64,000 nt of DNA from Truepera sp. (GCA_965218435.1 CBDCKW010000009.1:2432001-2496000), one strand, 5' to 3'. Positions 31,215 to 41,801 are shown, numbered from the stretch's first letter. The notes: generated by a model from the sequence alone, not told the origin. Numbers and translations: made by a program.

Positions 31215-32051
31215 TCAAGCCTCACCCATCATCAGGCCCTCGATCGTATGGCCTTGTTTAATAGGCTCGAGTTCATCAACCAGGCGACAGGTGAGGTGCT
31301 GACGCACGCTTTCGGGCAGCGTGTCGAAGTACGCTCTCGTAAGCTGCAGGTCGTGGCGCTCAGCGTTGTTCGCTCCGGGCGCGTCAACCCCGAGGACGAG
31401 TACCGGGCGGGGCTTGTTCGAGCGGTTGGCCGTGCCGCGGTGAATCGTCAGCGCCGAACGCACCGAAATATCGCCCATCTGCGGCATTTTCCGCTGTGCC
31501 CGTTCCTCGTACCGCTCATATAGTGACCGCGGCGGGAACATCTCGTGCTCGAAGCCTTCGGGTGTGTCCCACTGCGTGCCGGGGGCGACGACAAACGGTC
31601 CCATGTCCTCGAAAACGTCTACGGTAGTCACATTAAACGCCAGCGAGTTGAGCCGTCGGCCCTGCAGCGTGTCTTCCGGAGCTGGGAAGTCGCGGTGCCA
31701 CGGTTGGTCAACGGCACCGGGATTGGGTACGTCGAAGCCGATCTCGACAATCTTGTATTCTGGACCCAGCACCGCCTCGCACACTGCCGTGACCCAAGGG
31801 TGTGTTACAAGCTCGAGAAAGCCGCGAATGTCCTCAGGATGGATTTCTACATAGTGGCGCTTGGGGCCTCGGCCAACCGCGCCGCCGGGACGCTCGAGCG
31901 CAACTCGGTACAGCTCTTTGATATCTTCCCCCAAGGCTTCTACCCAGCTGCGGCTAAAAGCGCTCTTATAGCCGATAATGCCGTCTCCGTAAAGACCTCC
32001 CATGAGGGTCGCAGGGTCGAACATTTGGGTTTGGGCCAGAGTCGTGCTCAT
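31215..32051 (-). CDS. Phytanoyl-CoA dioxygenase (PhyH)-family Fe(II)/2OG dioxygenase
   Basis: QPWHRDF and IHRGTANRS motifs. Start at ATG 32051 after GGAAAGGA. Confidence 0.88.
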   Translation of the reverse strand: MSTTLAQTQMFDPATLMGGLYGDGIIGYKSAFSRSWVEALGEDIKELYRVALERPGGAVGRGPKRHYVEIHPEDIRGFLELVTHPWVTAVCEAVLGPEYKIVEIGFDVPNPGAVDQPWHRDFPAPEDTLQGRRLNSLAFNVTTVDVFEDMGPFVVAPGTQWDTPEGFEHEMFPPRSLYERYEERAQRKMPQMGDISVRSALTIHRGTANRSNKPRPVLVLGVDAPGANNAERHDLQLTRAYFDTLPESVRQHLTCRLVDELEPIKQGHTIEGLMMGEA

Positions 32052-32897
32052 CGTCAATCCTTTCCAACGTGGTTGCATTGTCAGCCGACACGGTGGCTGT
32101 TCGTAACGCCAGGTTGTGTACATAATACTCGGTACGTGCCAGCATTGATAGTGGGAACGCGCCAAGGTCATGAGATTTCGGGGGGTAGCCGTTTTATGAC
32201 GCCCAATTGTCTAAATGAGAATGTAGCGGTAGCGGCCGTGAATGTCACGTACAAGCTGACATCATAGAGACAAAACGATGATGTTTCTTATCTTTTAGCT
32301 GCTAGCTCAGACACACATATTGCGCCAGAAGCAGCCGATAAGTACAGTTTATAAGTTCAAAACGAGACACTGAGATGACGCTAACGTCAGTCGGGCGGGT
32401 CAGTTTCAAATAATCCCACTACGCGGTCGAAAATCTTTTCAGCCACCGCCCGTCTACTCATTTGGAGCCGTTCGGCCGCGTCACCCTCCGGCGGTTACCT
32501 GATTAGCTGTTAGCTGATTGTCGTCGCCACCGAATGCCGACCCCGCGCGTCGGGTAGTTAAGGCAGATGAACTCGAGCTCTTTACGCCGCGCTTTGTCCG
32601 CTGCCCGCTCGACTCCCTGACACGCCTCCACCGCAAACCCGGCTGCTCCGCCGACCTTACCGTGACGCCATGCAAAAGCCGTGCAAAAGGAGAGGCGCTG
32701 GTGGAAGCTGGGGGTAAAACTCAGCTCGAAAACGCGTGTCTCACGCTTGGCTAGACTCGCAGCTTAATCCGGCAACAGTATCTACCCAATAGTGTTACGT
32801 TTATCTTTGGATCACTCATTTTGCAAACCTGACTTGTAACCTCCTGACCAAAAACAATGTCCAAGTCAAGGTTGCCCTGATTCACACGGTACTGGCT

Positions 32898-33485
32898 TCA
32901 GCTGCGCGTAATAAAAAGATCACGGAGTTTTCTGAGAGCGGTTGGCTGGACGCATTTTAGTAAATGCTCTTTGATTTGCTCTGCCATCTCTACCGGGTTT
33001 TGAGCGGTCGTGTCAATCTCGAGATCATAAAGCCCATGAGCGTGAACGCGTTCTTGCGCATTTGATAAGGCAGCTTTACTGAAGGTCTTCTCTCGGTCCT
33101 GACGTTGTAACTCTCTACGTTCTAACTCTTCAGGACTACAGCTTAGACCGATAAAGAGCACGTCGCTATGCGCAAGCAGATAGGCGAGTTCAGCAAGGTA
33201 GTAACCTTCGAGGCCGTCCATCATTACATGATCGACAATGATGTTGTTGCCAATGGACGCCATCATCGCTATGGATTGGTGCCAGCCTGAGACGGCCTTA
33301 AACACGGTCTCGTGATGTTCGGGTTGTTCCCAAGCTCTACTGATACGTTCTGGGAGCATCCGGCCTACGTCGTCAAGGCTCATATAAAGAAAAGGCGCTT
33401 CAAGTGTGTTCCTTAAAGCTTTAGCTAAACTACTTTTGCCAGAACTTGGGCTTCCGTTAATCAAGATGACCTTTCCTTTGCCCAT
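32898..33485 (-). CDS. Chloramphenicol phosphotransferase (CPT)-like P-loop kinase
   Basis: ILINGSPSSGKSSLA, GNNIIVDHV, ELERRE..R.DR, YDLEIDTT. Confidence 0.85.
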   Translation of the reverse strand: MGKGKVILINGSPSSGKSSLAKALRNTLEAPFLYMSLDDVGRMLPERISRAWEQPEHHETVFKAVSGWHQSIAMMASIGNNIIVDHVMMDGLEGYYLAELAYLLAHSDVLFIGLSCSPEELERRELQRQDREKTFSKAALSNAQERVHAHGLYDLEIDTTAQNPVEMAEQIKEHLLKCVQPTALRKLRDLFITRS

Positions 33486-33646
33486 GCGTATAGCCTCCTA
33501 TAGTAAGGAAATACACCATCATAAGCTAAGCAACTTGGAGTGAATTAGAGAACGATATAGGCGAAAGTGTCGTACGTCGCTAGCTGTTCGAATTTCACGT
33601 ACACTCGAGAGGCACGCTTCTTCTCCGATGGCCTTACAATAGCCCC

Positions 33647-35941
33647 GTGAGCCTTCCCCCGAATCCCGACGCCGTAACGCCCAACCTCCGTGACCGCGCC
33701 GCCACTTTCGGCCTTTCTGACGACGAGTTTACGCAGGTTGTCAAACACTTGGGCCGTGAACCCAACACGCTCGAGGCCGGGATGTTCGGCGCGTTATGGA
33801 GCGAGCACTGCGGCTACAAAAACTCGAGACCACTCCTTAAAAAATTACCGACCGAAGGCAAAGCCGTGTTGCAAGGGCCAGGTGAAAACGCGGGCGTGGT
33901 GGATATCGGGGAGGGTTGGGCGGTCGCTTTTAAGATGGAGTCGCACAACCATCCTTCAGCGGTTGAACCCGTGCAGGGCGCGGCGACAGGCGTCGGCGGG
34001 ATTTTACGCGACATCTTTGCGATGGGCGCACGGCCCTTCGCGGTACTCGATTCGTTGCGGTTTGGTGAGCTGACAAGCGCCCGTACTCGCCACCTCTTAA
34101 ACGGCGTGGTAGACGGGATTGCCCACTACGGCAACGCCATCGGTGTACCCACGGTCGGCGGTGAAATCACCTTTAGCGCATGCTATGAAGAAAACCCACT
34201 GGTCAATGTGATGGCGCTCGGGCTGATGCGGCACGAGGCGTTGCAATCGGGAACCGTCGGCGAGGTCGGGAACAAGCTTATCTATGTCGGCTCGAAAACG
34301 GGGCGTGACGGGCTCGGCGGGGCGGTGTTCGCCTCGGCTGACCTGTCTGAAACCAGTCAGGCCGACCGTCCGGCAGTGCAGGTCGGCGACCCGTTTATGG
34401 AGAAACTCTTGCTCGAGGCGTGTCTGGAAGCTATCGCCCAGGATTTAGTCATCGGCGTGCAAGACATGGGCGCGGCGGGCCTCACCAGCAGCGTCGCGGA
34501 GATGGCGTACCGTGCGGGGCGCGGCGTAGACCTGTGGCTTGACGCGGTGCCGAGGCGTGAAACCGGGATGACGCCTCTGGAAGTTCTCTTGTCCGAATCA
34601 CAAGAGCGGATGGTGTTAAGTGCGCGTCCGGGCCGTGAGGCGGAACTTCTTACCCTGTTAGAGAGGTGGGAACTCGACGCCGTAGAGATCGGAGAGGTTG
34701 CGTCACACGACTTTTTTAGGATTTTGGAAAATGGTGAGACTGTTGGGGAGATGCCGGTCGCCGCGCTGAACGAAGCGCCGACCTATACCCGTGAAGGTGT
34801 AGAATCCGCCGAGGTTCGGGCGGCTCGAGAAACCCCTATCAACGTACCTATACCAGCAGACTTGGGTGCGGCGCTGCTTAAGTTGCTCTCGAGCCCCACC
34901 ATCGCCTCCAAACGCCCAGTATTTCGGCGCTACGACCAGCAGGTGATGACCAACACGGTTGTCTTACCCGGTCAGGCCGACGCAGCGGTGATGCGGGTTA
35001 AGGGGACAGGACGGGGCGTTGCCGCGACGACCGATTGCAACCCACGTTACGTCTACCTCTCGCCTAAACTCGGGGCGATGCACGCGGTCGCTGAGGCCGC
35101 CCGCAACCTCGCGTGCGTCGGCGCGACGCCCTTGGCGATTACCAACAACCTCAACTTCGGCAACCCAACCCGGAATGATGTGTATTTTGAACTCTCCGAA
35201 GCCGTGGACGGCTTGAGTGAAGCGTGCTTGGCGCTCTCGACGCCCGTCACCGGCGGCAACGTCAGCCTGTACAACCAGTACAAGGCCGGTTCCGGCGTTA
35301 AGGCCATCTATCCGACGCCGACGGTCGGCATGGTCGGGGTGTTACCGGACGTCACAAAACGCGCCACCGTAAACCTCAAGCGCGAAGGCGACGTGATGTT
35401 GCTCGTCGGGAAAAATATAGACGAACTCGGCGCGTCGGAATATCTGGCGCAGGTTCACGGGCTGGAGATTGGACAGCCGCCCCAGCTAGATTTAGCACGG
35501 GCAAAGGCGCTCAACCAGGGCGTTTCAACCTTGATTCAAGCAGGGTTATGCGACACCGCCCACGACCTCTCGGACGGTGGCCTTGCGGCCGCGTTAGTTG
35601 AAATGATGCTTGCCGGAAACCAGGGTGCTAAAGTGACGCTGGGAGACGCGCTGCGTCCCGACGCGCTTTTATTTGGCGAAGCGGCCTCGAGAGTTCTCCT
35701 CGCTGTTCCAGCCTCAGAAACCGACCAAGTGACCCAATATCTCAGCACCTACAATTTGCCCGTAACGCCTATCGGCAGCGTTGAAGGCGAGGGGCTCGAG
35801 CTGACCCTCACCGCCCACGACCAAACGCTCACTCTCAGCCTGAGCGACCTCCGCACTGCTTTTGAAACGCCGCTCCAAGCCGCGCTCGAGGGGGAACTTG
35901 TGACTGATATCTTGTTATTGCCAACCGATGACCCAGCCTGA
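33647..35941 (+). CDS. purL: Phosphoribosylformylglycinamidine synthase subunit PurL
   Basis: WSEHCGYK, FKMESHNHPS, QDMGAAG, SESQERM, GGNVSLYN, HDLSDGG. Confidence 0.97.
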   Translation: MSLPPNPDAVTPNLRDRAATFGLSDDEFTQVVKHLGREPNTLEAGMFGALWSEHCGYKNSRPLLKKLPTEGKAVLQGPGENAGVVDIGEGWAVAFKMESHNHPSAVEPVQGAATGVGGILRDIFAMGARPFAVLDSLRFGELTSARTRHLLNGVVDGIAHYGNAIGVPTVGGEITFSACYEENPLVNVMALGLMRHEALQSGTVGEVGNKLIYVGSKTGRDGLGGAVFASADLSETSQADRPAVQVGDPFMEKLLLEACLEAIAQDLVIGVQDMGAAGLTSSVAEMAYRAGRGVDLWLDAVPRRETGMTPLEVLLSESQERMVLSARPGREAELLTLLERWELDAVEIGEVASHDFFRILENGETVGEMPVAALNEAPTYTREGVESAEVRAARETPINVPIPADLGAALLKLLSSPTIASKRPVFRRYDQQVMTNTVVLPGQADAAVMRVKGTGRGVAATTDCNPRYVYLSPKLGAMHAVAEAARNLACVGATPLAITNNLNFGNPTRNDVYFELSEAVDGLSEACLALSTPVTGGNVSLYNQYKAGSGVKAIYPTPTVGMVGVLPDVTKRATVNLKREGDVMLLVGKNIDELGASEYLAQVHGLEIGQPPQLDLARAKALNQGVSTLIQAGLCDTAHDLSDGGLAAALVEMMLAGNQGAKVTLGDALRPDALLFGEAASRVLLAVPASETDQVTQYLSTYNLPVTPIGSVEGEGLELTLTAHDQTLTLSLSDLRTAFETPLQAALEGELVTDILLLPTDDPA

Positions 35942-37373
35942 GCCTACTGAACTGGACGACAAACTGCACGAGGAGTGCGGCGTCTTTGCGGTCTACCAAC
36001 CTGAACCCGCCGACATCGTGCGGTTTTGTCACCTAGGGATTTTTGCTTTGCAGCACCGGGGCCAAGAGTCGTGTGGGATTGCGGTCTCAAACGGCGACGA
36101 ACTCATCATCGAAAAAGATATGGGCCTCGTCGCTGAAGTCTTTGACGAGGCGCGGCTAGAAAAGTTGCAGCGTCCGGGCCTCCGGGTCGGTCTGGGGCAC
36201 ACCCGTTACGCCACGACGGGCGCGTCTTTACGGTTTAACGCGCAGCCGCTGACTGTGCGCTCGAATAAAGGCATTCTGGCGCTGGCGCATAACGGCAATT
36301 TTACCAACGCAAAGTCCATGCGGCAAAAGATGCTCGACGAAGGCGCGGTTTTTAACACCACGAATGACACCGAAGTGATGATCAACCTGATTGCGCGGTA
36401 TAGCAAGCTCTCTTTAGAAGACGCGACCGCGCAGGTCATGAGCGAGTTCGAGGGCGGCTTTGCGGTCGTCATTATGGACAAACAGAAGATTTTGGGTCTC
36501 CGTGACAGCCACGGCGTCCGGCCTTTAGTCATCGGAGAGCTAAACGGCGGCTATGTGTTCGCTTCGGAACCCTCGGCGCTGCATGTCATCGGCGCGACGT
36601 TTTTGCGTGATGTGCGCCCCGGTGAGCTGGTGATTGCCGATGAGCGTGGGCTCCACTCGAGGCAAGTCCTCAAACCCAAACCGACCCCGTGCGCGTTTGA
36701 ATGGATTTACTTTGCTAGGGGTGATTCGGTTTTAGACGGGGTAGATGTTCACGCTTCACGCCTCAGGATGGGTGAAGTTTTAGCTGCAGAAGCGCCGGTA
36801 GACGCCGATGTGGTCGTTGGTGTCCCCGAGTCTGGCTTAACGGCGGCGGTCGGTTACGCGAGGGCGTCAGGCATTCCTTACGATTTGGGTCTTTATAAAT
36901 CACCGTACACGGGCCGAACCTTTATCAACCCGACCCAAGACCTGCGCAAACTCAAGGTGCTCTTAAAACTTGCGCCGACCGGCGCAGTGCGGGGCAAACG
37001 TGTGGTGCTCGTAGACGACTCCATCGTTCGCGGGACGACCTCCGGGCATATCGTCCAGCTGTTGCGGAGCGCAGGCGCAACCGAGGTACATTTCCGGGTC
37101 TCATCTCCACCGATTCGTCACCCGTGTTACTACGGGATTGATACGGCTGCCCGTAAAGAGTTAGCCGCCGCCACGATGAGCACCGAGGAAATCCGCGATC
37201 TCATCGGCGCAGACTCGCTCGCGTATATCTCCGAACCGGGGTTAGCGAGGGCAATTGGCCTCGCGACCACCTGTTTGGCGTGCTTTAACGGGTCGTATCA
37301 GGCAGGTCATCCCGGTGAGGGCGCGGCAGACGAAGAACAGCTCGCGTTGCCGGTTTTTAATGCTATTGCTTAG
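35928..37373 (+). CDS. purF: Amidophosphoribosyltransferase
   Basis: HEECGVF, LQHRGQES, GHTRYAT, AHNGN, LVDDSIVRGTT. Confidence 0.97.
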   Translation: MTQPEPTELDDKLHEECGVFAVYQPEPADIVRFCHLGIFALQHRGQESCGIAVSNGDELIIEKDMGLVAEVFDEARLEKLQRPGLRVGLGHTRYATTGASLRFNAQPLTVRSNKGILALAHNGNFTNAKSMRQKMLDEGAVFNTTNDTEVMINLIARYSKLSLEDATAQVMSEFEGGFAVVIMDKQKILGLRDSHGVRPLVIGELNGGYVFASEPSALHVIGATFLRDVRPGELVIADERGLHSRQVLKPKPTPCAFEWIYFARGDSVLDGVDVHASRLRMGEVLAAEAPVDADVVVGVPESGLTAAVGYARASGIPYDLGLYKSPYTGRTFINPTQDLRKLKVLLKLAPTGAVRGKRVVLVDDSIVRGTTSGHIVQLLRSAGATEVHFRVSSPPIRHPCYYGIDTAARKELAAATMSTEEIRDLIGADSLAYISEPGLARAIGLATTCLACFNGSYQAGHPGEGAADEEQLALPVFNAIA

Positions 37374-37382
37374 GTCGAGGTG

Positions 37383-37423
37383 ACCAGCAAATCACCCAGC
37401 GTTCTGCTGGGCGATTTGCTGGT
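37383..37423. terminator. 18-bp stem hairpin between convergent purF and aldo/keto reductase
   Basis: ACCAGCAAATCACCCAGC-GTTCT-GCTGGGCGATTTGCTGGT (one mismatch). Confidence 0.75.
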
Positions 37424-37434
37424 TGCTCGGTGGC

Positions 37435-38283
37435 TTAGTCGGGAATGTAGTCGAACACATCCGGGTTCGGCCCGGTACGACCATCTTCACCCTTGTCGAG
37501 CGCCGTAATTTTCTCTACGTCGGCAGCGTCAAGCTCGAAGTCAAAGATGTTAAAGTTTTCCTCAATCCGTGAGGGCGTGACCGATTTGGGAAACACGATG
37601 TCGCCGCGCTGAACGTGCCACCGTAAAACGACCTGCGCGGTCGTCTTACCGACCTTTTCAGCAATCTGAGTGATCGTCGCGTCATCTAAAACTTCGCCCT
37701 GCGCGATGGGTGACCACGCTTCGGTAGCAATTCCGTGCTCCTGACCGTAGTGACGCACCTCATCGTTGACGAAATAAGGGTGGACTTCTATCTGGTTGAC
37801 GGCGGGTACCGTATCGGTTTCTCGAGCTAACCGCTCGAGGTGCGCAACTTGAAAGTTCGACACACCGATAGACTTGGAGCGGCCCTCTTTTTGAAAGGAC
37901 TCGAGCACCTGCCACGTCGAAACATAGTCGCCGTCGTACTTCGTCGGCAACGGCCAGTGGATTAAAAACAGGTCTACATAATCAAACCCGAGTTCAGAAA
38001 GCGTCTTATCAAAGGCTTTTTTCGCGTCGTCGGGACGGTGAAAGCCGTTGTTGAGCTTGCTGGTGATAAAAACGTCTTCACGCTTGAGACCGGCGGCGCG
38101 AATCGCTTCACCAACCTCTTTTTCATTGCCGTACATCTCGGCGGTGTCAATATGCCGGTAACCGACCTCGAGCGCCTTGCCCATCGCCTCAGCCATCTCT
38201 CTGGGTTTAATCTGAAACACGCCGAACCCAAGTTGAGGAATTATGTTGCCGTCGTTTAAGGTGATATCAGGAACTGTAGCCAT
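37435..38283 (-). CDS. Aldo/keto reductase (2,5-diketo-D-gluconate reductase-like)
   Basis: IPQLGFGVFQ, GYRHIDTAEMYGNE, DLFLIHWP, IGVSNF, NQIEVHP. Confidence 0.93.
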   Translation of the reverse strand: MATVPDITLNDGNIIPQLGFGVFQIKPREMAEAMGKALEVGYRHIDTAEMYGNEKEVGEAIRAAGLKREDVFITSKLNNGFHRPDDAKKAFDKTLSELGFDYVDLFLIHWPLPTKYDGDYVSTWQVLESFQKEGRSKSIGVSNFQVAHLERLARETDTVPAVNQIEVHPYFVNDEVRHYGQEHGIATEAWSPIAQGEVLDDATITQIAEKVGKTTAQVVLRWHVQRGDIVFPKSVTPSRIEENFNIFDFELDAADVEKITALDKGEDGRTGPNPDVFDYIPD

Positions 38284-38411
38284 CGTTATTTTCCCTTCAT
38301 TAAACATCAAGGCACTACTTAATTGCCTGCAAACAGTTGTCATCGTTACACGGTTATCCAAAAAAGAACGTCAACCTCGCCACGCTTTAGCTTTTATTGT
38401 GCCCGTTCAGT

Positions 38412-40181
38412 TCAGGCAGCGGACGCGTTTTCCTGCCAAGCTAAGGCCGGTTCCGGATGGTCTTGTGTTTTAGCTAACTGGGCGTAAAGGCCGTTTTGCC
38501 GTAAAAGTTCGTGGTGGGTACCGCGCTCTAAAATCCCGCCTTGGCCAAGTACGGCAATCTGGTCGGCTTTACGCACAGTTGAAAGTCTGTGTGCAATCAC
38601 CAGCGTCGTGCGGCCAACCATGAGGCGCTCGAGCGCCTCTTGAATCAGCCGTTCGGTCTGCGTATCTACCGCTGACGTGGCCTCGTCTAAAATCAAGATG
38701 GGCGCGTCACGCAACACCGCTCGAGCAATCGCCAACCGCTGCTTCTGGCCACCCGAAAGTTTGACGCCGCGCTCACCGATTAAAGTGTCGTAACCTTCGG
38801 GTAAGCTTTCGATAAAGTCCGTGGCGTTGGCGACCCTTGCCGCCTCCCTAACCTCGGCGTCCGACGCGTCTGCACGCCCGAACAAGATGTTGCCTTTCAC
38901 CGTGCCGTGAAATAAAAACACGTCTTGCAGCACGATGCTGATCTGGCTTCTGAGGCTGGAGAGCTCGAGGTCACGCACATCATATCCGTCTAAGGTGATA
39001 CGTCCGCCTACCACATCATAAAACCGGGGAATGAGGCTGGCGAGCGTCGTCTTTCCTGCTCCGGTCGGCCCGACAAGCGCGAGCATCGACCCTGCCGGAA
39101 CGTCTAAGTTGATGTTTTCAAACACCGGTTGTTCGGGTTGATACGCAAAGCTGACGTTTTCAAAGCGGAGGTGTCCTTTGGCGCGGCCCGGTAACGTCAC
39201 AGCGCCCGGTGCGTCGGCGATGTCGGGCGTTTCAGCTAGCAAGTCGGTAACCCGCTCGGCTCCGGCGACGGCTTCTTGCAGCTGCTCCCAGGCATTGCTG
39301 AGCTGCCGCACAGGTTGGTAAAAGAGCTCGAGAAATAAAAAGAAGGTTACCAAATCGGCGACCGGCAACGTCCCGGCGAGCGCCATCCGGCCGCCGAAAA
39401 AGATCACGATGATGACCCCGGCTCCGGCTGCTAAGTTGACGAACGGTTCAAACGTCGCCATCAGCTTGAGCGCCTGCAAGTTCGAGTCGCGGTAGCGGTA
39501 AATCCGCGTTCCGACCCTTTCAGACTCGGCGTGTTCGCGGGTAAAGGTCATGATCTCGCGCATTCCCGAAAGGTTATCTTGTAGCGTCGCGTTGAGTTCA
39601 CCCAAGTCCTGCTGCCGCCGCCCGAACGCCGGATGCACAAAAACCGCAAACCCCCACATGGACAGGATAATCAGCGGAATTGGCAGCAGCGTTAAAAACA
39701 TCAGGGTCGGACTCATCCAAAAAAGCGCCACGCTGACCCCGATGAGCATAAAGACGTTGACGAGTACGTCCGGGAGGGCGTGGGCGATCAGGCGCTCGAG
39801 CAAATCCGAATCGTTGACGGTGCGCGACATCAGCTGCCCGGTCTGCTTATCTTCGTAGAATCTAAGTGAGAGCTTTTGCAGGTGGTTATACATGGTGCGG
39901 CGCACATCGGCGACGACGCCCCAGCCCGCGACGTGTGCCATGTACGAGCGGATGAACTCGAGCCCCGCTCGCGCTAGATAAATCGTGAGGGCTGCGAGTG
40001 CAAGCTGTGTGACGAGGCGGTAGGAAGAAGGGCTCGAGTCGCCACTTTGAATGGTCGTAATCAGCTGCCGAATCAGAAACGGCGCGGCGAGCTGCACCCC
40101 GACGAGGAGCATCATGCTGAGGACGGTCCAGATAAGGGCGGTGCGGTAGGGGCGGGCAAAGGTCAGAAACGATTTGAGCAT
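38412..40181 (-). CDS. ABC transporter fused permease/ATP-binding protein (exporter type)
   Basis: 6-TM domain, GPTGAGKT, LSGGQKQR, ILDEATS. Confidence 0.93.
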   Translation of the reverse strand: MLKSFLTFARPYRTALIWTVLSMMLLVGVQLAAPFLIRQLITTIQSGDSSPSSYRLVTQLALAALTIYLARAGLEFIRSYMAHVAGWGVVADVRRTMYNHLQKLSLRFYEDKQTGQLMSRTVNDSDLLERLIAHALPDVLVNVFMLIGVSVALFWMSPTLMFLTLLPIPLIILSMWGFAVFVHPAFGRRQQDLGELNATLQDNLSGMREIMTFTREHAESERVGTRIYRYRDSNLQALKLMATFEPFVNLAAGAGVIIVIFFGGRMALAGTLPVADLVTFFLFLELFYQPVRQLSNAWEQLQEAVAGAERVTDLLAETPDIADAPGAVTLPGRAKGHLRFENVSFAYQPEQPVFENINLDVPAGSMLALVGPTGAGKTTLASLIPRFYDVVGGRITLDGYDVRDLELSSLRSQISIVLQDVFLFHGTVKGNILFGRADASDAEVREAARVANATDFIESLPEGYDTLIGERGVKLSGGQKQRLAIARAVLRDAPILILDEATSAVDTQTERLIQEALERLMVGRTTLVIAHRLSTVRKADQIAVLGQGGILERGTHHELLRQNGLYAQLAKTQDHPEPALAWQENASAA

Positions 40182-40308
40182 AAAGTCTCCCGAGAAAGCT
40201 AAACTCACCTTACCGTAAGGCTTCTTGGAAAGCGTGTCGCTACTCTCACAAACCCTAGTAAGACCTATTGATAGCGGCCTTGGTGCTCAGTTGAGATTGT
40301 TATTTTAG

Positions 40309-41070
40309 TTATGGCGCAGGTGAAACCTTTGAAACGTTATCTGAAACTAAATTGCAAACATGCTCGACAATAGGCATATGTTGCGGTAAAAGTTTTTCTC
40401 GGTATAGTGCTGCGCTCCTCGAGTATAAATACAGCGCAGATTTCGCCCGCAACGTTACACTTTCACCACTAAAGCCAAGGGCTGTCCAGTAGAGCGTTTT
40501 CCATTCGCTGTCAGCTTCACTGTCCCGCACCATGCTCCAGAACCGGTTTTCAGAATTACACAACACGCCATTGACAAGTGCAGAGACGTTGGTAAGGTTT
40601 TGCAGCAGATACACAGTCGCGCTGAGGGTTTTCTCGAAGTCATTACGACTTAAGCCACTCAGGATTTTCTGGGCAATTTCAGCATTTTCAGCTAATACCC
40701 AACTCACTGCAATATCAGCGTCTTTAGCGACAAGTGGCCAGGTAAAAGCTTTCGCACGTTGTTGTAAGTTCGTATACCAACCGTCCGGATCGAAGAGTAT
40801 CTGTGCCTCTCGAGCTGCGGCTACGTTCCAGATAGCTTTCCAGGGGTCAGTGAGCATAGATTCACGGTTTTCTTTGTCTAAAAAGTTGATGTTGACCAAC
40901 CGGTCTAGGTAAAACATCCGGTCGGCAGGACGTTTACCGCGTACAACTATGTGAATGTCAAGGTCGCTGAAAACATCTAGTTCCCCACGAGAGCCACTGC
41001 CAATTAAGACAATACTGAGCGTGTTTGGGTCGTCCTGATGTTCGGCTATTATATCTTTAATAAGGTTCAC
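40309..41070 (-). CDS. Pol-beta-type nucleotidyltransferase (kanamycin nucleotidyltransferase-like architecture)
   Basis: IGSGSRG...SDLD motif plus helical C-terminal domain. GTG start at 41070 is tentative. AT-richer than flanks. Confidence 0.7.
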   Translation of the reverse strand: MNLIKDIIAEHQDDPNTLSIVLIGSGSRGELDVFSDLDIHIVVRGKRPADRMFYLDRLVNINFLDKENRESMLTDPWKAIWNVAAAREAQILFDPDGWYTNLQQRAKAFTWPLVAKDADIAVSWVLAENAEIAQKILSGLSRNDFEKTLSATVYLLQNLTNVSALVNGVLCNSENRFWSMVRDSEADSEWKTLYWTALGFSGESVTLRAKSALYLYSRSAALYREKLLPQHMPIVEHVCNLVSDNVSKVSPAP

Positions 41071-41136
41071 AGTGAACTCGAGTTTAGAGAAACAGCTGCT
41101 TTTACACAAGTGCTGCTCTATCCAGCTTGCATCTTT

Positions 41137-41266
41137 CGCCACTGAGTCTTAGCCACATGTTTCTACTTTAGCCTGCTGCGCTTCAGTCGCCCGCACTCCG
41201 CATCGTCCGAATTTACGGGCTAACTCGAGTTCGTCTGGAACGAGCACCGTCCACGCGGACACGTCT
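41137..41266 (-). pseudogene. Decayed duplicate of the mutL 3' end
   Basis: TCPRG-(short deletion)-TVLVPDELELARKFGRCGVRATEAQQAKVETCG*DSVA versus MutL ACPHGRPTALVLSELELARKFGRRGVRATEAQGAKIEIPVQDPVAD. DNA blocks GCCCGCACTCCGC and CCGAATTTACGGGC are shared with 42393-42424. Confidence 0.9.
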
Positions 41267-41275
41267 GCAGCTCGC

Positions 41276-41542
41276 CTAAGCAGCGTCTTGGTCGGTAAGC
41301 TCGAGTTTTTCTTCGAGCCACGTCTGAATAAGCACTTCGGGTGACACTTTTTTGTCTTTGGCTATTTTGGCAACCCGCTCTGCTAAGGCTTCCTCAATAG
41401 CCACGAGTCTGGTTTTTTTAGCAAGGGTAATTTCAAACTCGACTTCCGGCATCGTTGGCCAGTAATCGCCCATGTCATTGGCGTCAAAGAACTCGGTCAG
41501 CTCTTCTAAAGTGTCAAAGGTAGGTAGCTTATTTTCTGCCAT
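41276..41542 (-). CDS. CopG/BrnA-like antitoxin (orphan)
   Basis: MAENKLPTFDTLEELTEFFDANDMGDY...LIQTWLEEKL is the typical layout of antitoxins downstream of BrnT toxins. Confidence 0.75.
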   Translation of the reverse strand: MAENKLPTFDTLEELTEFFDANDMGDYWPTMPEVEFEITLAKKTRLVAIEEALAERVAKIAKDKKVSPEVLIQTWLEEKLELTDQDAA

Positions 41543-41801
41543 ACTGACGCCTAAACTCGACTGAAGGTCTACCTGCCAGAAGCCCCGATACTGAAATATC
41601 TTCATCAATTTGCGGCCAGTGGATACCTTCACCGTTACCCAGTAACTCGTAATCGGCCCTTTCTGAAGTGGTTGCCTTCGCCAAGCGGGGAAACCAGACG
41701 ATAGGAACAGATAAACTCCGTCCATCCGTCAGTAAGACAGTGATTTCATCGTCGGTGCACGCAATGCTGCTTGCACGTGCAGGACTGATTGTGAGAGTCA
41801 T
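41529..41801 (-). CDS. DUF2442-family protein (putative antitoxin, orphan)
   Basis: L.DGR.LSVPI.WFPRL..AT..ER..YEL...GEGIHWPQIDEDISV.GLL. Confidence 0.85.
   Translation of the reverse strand: MTLTISPARASSIACTDDEITVLLTDGRSLSVPIVWFPRLAKATTSERADYELLGNGEGIHWPQIDEDISVSGLLAGRPSVEFRRQYGRK

Noticed and set aside
32699..32720. TGGTGGAAGCTGGGGGT resembles the reverse complement of a tmRNA/tRNA 3' end (possible att remnant)
   Set aside because: It has an extra base, no T-loop (GTTCGA) at the right spacing, no matching 5' acceptor strand and no integrase nearby
41543..41725. N-terminal extension of ORF 41276-41725 in the supplied track
   Set aside because: It overlaps the DUF2442 gene in another frame, and the real start is ATG 41542
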